From an uncultured Bacillota bacterium (GTDB lineage: Bacteria > Bacillota > Sulfobacillia > JAMDAP01), in NCBI GenBank assembly GCA_937868875.1, contig CALMNP010000028.1, positions 1-52,230 of the forward strand: 52,230 nt of DNA, given 5' to 3'. Numbering within the stretch: the stretch's first letter is position 1; the number at the start of each line of letters is the position of its first letter. This document shows, in pieces, positions 50,365 to 52,230 of this stretch. The translations under genes and the position numbers were made by a program. Under the pieces are notes generated by a model. The model did no database searches. It had not been told where the DNA came from and worked only from the letters and a program-made list of their open reading frames with translations.

Positions 50365-51165
50365 GTGGAACACCAAGCAGAGATCGGCGTTTTTGGCGGC
50401 TCCGGGTTTTACTCGTTCGCCGACGGGGCGGAGGAGATTGCCGTGGAGACCCCCTACGGGGCGCCCAGCGACAAGATCACCCTCGTCACCATCGGCGGGA
50501 GGAAGGTGGCCTTCCTGCCCCGGCACGGGCGCGACCACCGCTACCCGCCCCACCTGATCAACTACCGGGCCAACGCCTGGGCCATGAAGAAGCTGGGCGT
50601 CAGCCGCATCATCGGCCCCTGCGCCGCGGGCAGCCTGCAGCCCAACATCAAGCCCGGCGACTTCGTCATCAGCGATCAGCTGGTGGACCGCACCCACTCC
50701 CGCCAGGACACCTTCATCCAGGGTCCCACCGTGCGCCACCTGACCTTCGCCGACCCCTACTGCCCCACCATGCGGCAGGTCGCCCTGGAACAGGCCAGGG
50801 GACTGGGCATCACCGCCCACGACGGCGGCACCATGGTGGTCATCCAGGGCCCCCGCTTCTCCACCCGGGCCGAGAGCCGCTGGTTCTCCTCCATGGGCTG
50901 GCACGCCATCGGCATGACCCAGTACCCGGAGGTTCCCCTGGCCCGCGAATTGGGCATGTGCTTCCTGAACATCGCCCTTATCACCGATTTTGACGCCGGC
51001 CTGGAGGGCAGCCCGGACGTCAAGCCCGTCAGCCATGAGGAGGTCCTACGGGTCTTCAACAGCAATGTCGACCGGGTCAAGCAGCTCCTCTACAAGGTCA
51101 TCGAGAACCTGCCGCCGGAGGTGGAGCGCACCTGCGGCTGCGGCCGCGAGGCGGTCTGGTCATGA
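50365..51165 (+). CDS. mtnP: S-methyl-5'-thioadenosine phosphorylase
   Basis: IGVFGGSGFY, FLPRHGRDHRYPPHLINYRAN, MTQYPEVPLARELGMCF. GTG at 50365 with SD AAGGAGGA 6 nt upstream. The track extension overlaps serA. Confidence 0.9.
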   Translation: MEHQAEIGVFGGSGFYSFADGAEEIAVETPYGAPSDKITLVTIGGRKVAFLPRHGRDHRYPPHLINYRANAWAMKKLGVSRIIGPCAAGSLQPNIKPGDFVISDQLVDRTHSRQDTFIQGPTVRHLTFADPYCPTMRQVALEQARGLGITAHDGGTMVVIQGPRFSTRAESRWFSSMGWHAIGMTQYPEVPLARELGMCFLNIALITDFDAGLEGSPDVKPVSHEEVLRVFNSNVDRVKQLLYKVIENLPPEVERTCGCGREAVWS

Positions 51166-52226
51166 GGTCCGTGGAGCTGACGGGCGACGTCGTCCGCATG
51201 GTCAACCAGAAGGTCCTGCCGGGCCGGCTGGAGATGCTGGAACTCAACACCGCGGAGCAGGTGGCTCAGGCGATCCGTGACCTGACCGTGCGCGGCGCTC
51301 CGGCCATCGGTGTGGCGGCCGCCTTCGGGCTGGTCCTGGCCGCCGACGCCCTGGCCCGACCAGAGCAATCGACCGGCCCGCCCACCGACCCGTTCTGGGA
51401 CGGGTTGGACCAGGCCCACCAATTGCTGCGTTCCACCCGCCCCACGGCGGTCAACCTGTTCTGGGCCCTGGACCGGATGATGGCCCGGGCCCGCGAACAG
51501 CGGACCAGCGGGGCGTCAGCCCAGCAGGTGGCCATGGTCCTGCGGGAAGAGGCCGGCCGGATGGCCGACGAGGACGTGGACGTCAACCGCCGCATCGGGC
51601 AGTTGGGGCAGACTCTTCTTCGGGACGGCGACGGCGTCCTGACCCACTGCAACGCCGGCGCCCTGGCCACCGTGGACTACGGCACGGCGCTGGGCGTCAT
51701 CCGCGCCGCCCACGAGTCCGGCAAGCGGCTGCGGGTCTACATAGACGAGACGCGCCCGGTGCTGCAGGGCGCCCGCCTAACCGCCTGGGAAGCCGTCCAG
51801 GCGGGTTGGGACGCCACCCTCATCACCGACAACATGGCCGGTCACTTCATGCGCCTGGGCCACATCCAGGCGGCCATCGTCGGGGCCGACCGGGTCGCCG
51901 CCAACGGCGATGTGGCCAATAAGATCGGCACCTACACCGTGGCGGTGCTCTGCCGCGAGCACGGCATCCCGTTCTACGTGGCCGCTCCCATCTCCACCCT
52001 GGACCTGCGGCTCGCCTCCGGCGAACAGATCGTCATCGAGGAGCGGCACGCCGACGAGGTGAAGGGCTACGGAGGCATCCGCTGGGCCCCCGAGGGCGTG
52101 CGCGTGGCCAACCCCGCCTTCGATGTGACCCCCTGGCGGTACGTCACCGCCATCATCACCGAGAAGGGCATCGCCAACCCACCCTTCGACGTGCACCTGA
52201 AGCAGTTGGCCGCGGCCCAGGGGTAA
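51162..52226 (+). CDS. mtnA: S-methyl-5-thioribose-1-phosphate isomerase
   Basis: MVNQKVLPGRLEMLEL...IRDLTVRGAPAIGVAAAFG...TRPTAVNLFWAL...THCNAGALAT...ETRPVLQGARLTAWE...GADRVAANGDVANKIGTY. ATGA overlap with mtnP. Confidence 0.93.
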   Translation: MRSVELTGDVVRMVNQKVLPGRLEMLELNTAEQVAQAIRDLTVRGAPAIGVAAAFGLVLAADALARPEQSTGPPTDPFWDGLDQAHQLLRSTRPTAVNLFWALDRMMARAREQRTSGASAQQVAMVLREEAGRMADEDVDVNRRIGQLGQTLLRDGDGVLTHCNAGALATVDYGTALGVIRAAHESGKRLRVYIDETRPVLQGARLTAWEAVQAGWDATLITDNMAGHFMRLGHIQAAIVGADRVAANGDVANKIGTYTVAVLCREHGIPFYVAAPISTLDLRLASGEQIVIEERHADEVKGYGGIRWAPEGVRVANPAFDVTPWRYVTAIITEKGIANPPFDVHLKQLAAAQG

Positions 52227-52230
52227 CCCC

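Overview
This window is the replication-origin region of a GC-rich, Bacillota-like (probably endospore-forming) chromosome. The spore-former inference rests on the yyaC, LonC-type protease, jag/yidC and DUF4446 genes. A two-part oriC flanks dnaA: DnaA-box clusters lie in the rpmH-dnaA spacer (32736..33205) and the dnaA-dnaN spacer (34565..34832). Gene orientation diverges from it. Left of oriC, on the minus strand, lie rpmH-rnpA-yidD-yidC-jag-mnmE-mnmG-rsmG-parA-parB (with a tandem parS pair), DUF4446, an M23 peptidase, a bactofilin, a lipid kinase, cvpA, mscS, DUF951, rpsF-ssb-rpsR, yybS, rplI, lonC, dnaB, purA, tRNA-Gly, tRNA-Thr, hemL, more M23/LysM hydrolases, and an MA-peptidase-walR-walK-yycH-like operon. 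Right of oriC, on the plus strand, lie dnaA-dnaN-yaaA-recF-remB-gyrB-gyrA, a MocR/PdxR-type regulator with pdxS-pdxT, and a T-box-controlled serC-like/serA/mtnP/mtnA block. I found no mobile element, CRISPR array, defence island or obvious pseudogene. This is core housekeeping DNA. The most unusual signals are in regulatory RNA and initiation: (1) a complete Ser-specific T-box followed by a second antiterminator/terminator module with no Stem I; (2) a yybP-ykoY (Mn2+) riboswitch with its own promoter and terminator in front of a divergent CaCA-like transporter; (3) a perfect WalR box between two terminators upstream of the walRK operon; (4) two abutting parS palindromes; (5) two genes (cvpA, mnmE) whose only Shine-Dalgarno-compatible start is CTG. 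Many long ORFs in the supplied track are antisense artefacts of GC-rich DNA. Several track ORFs have spurious N-terminal extensions, which I trimmed using Shine-Dalgarno (SD) spacing and family N-termini.
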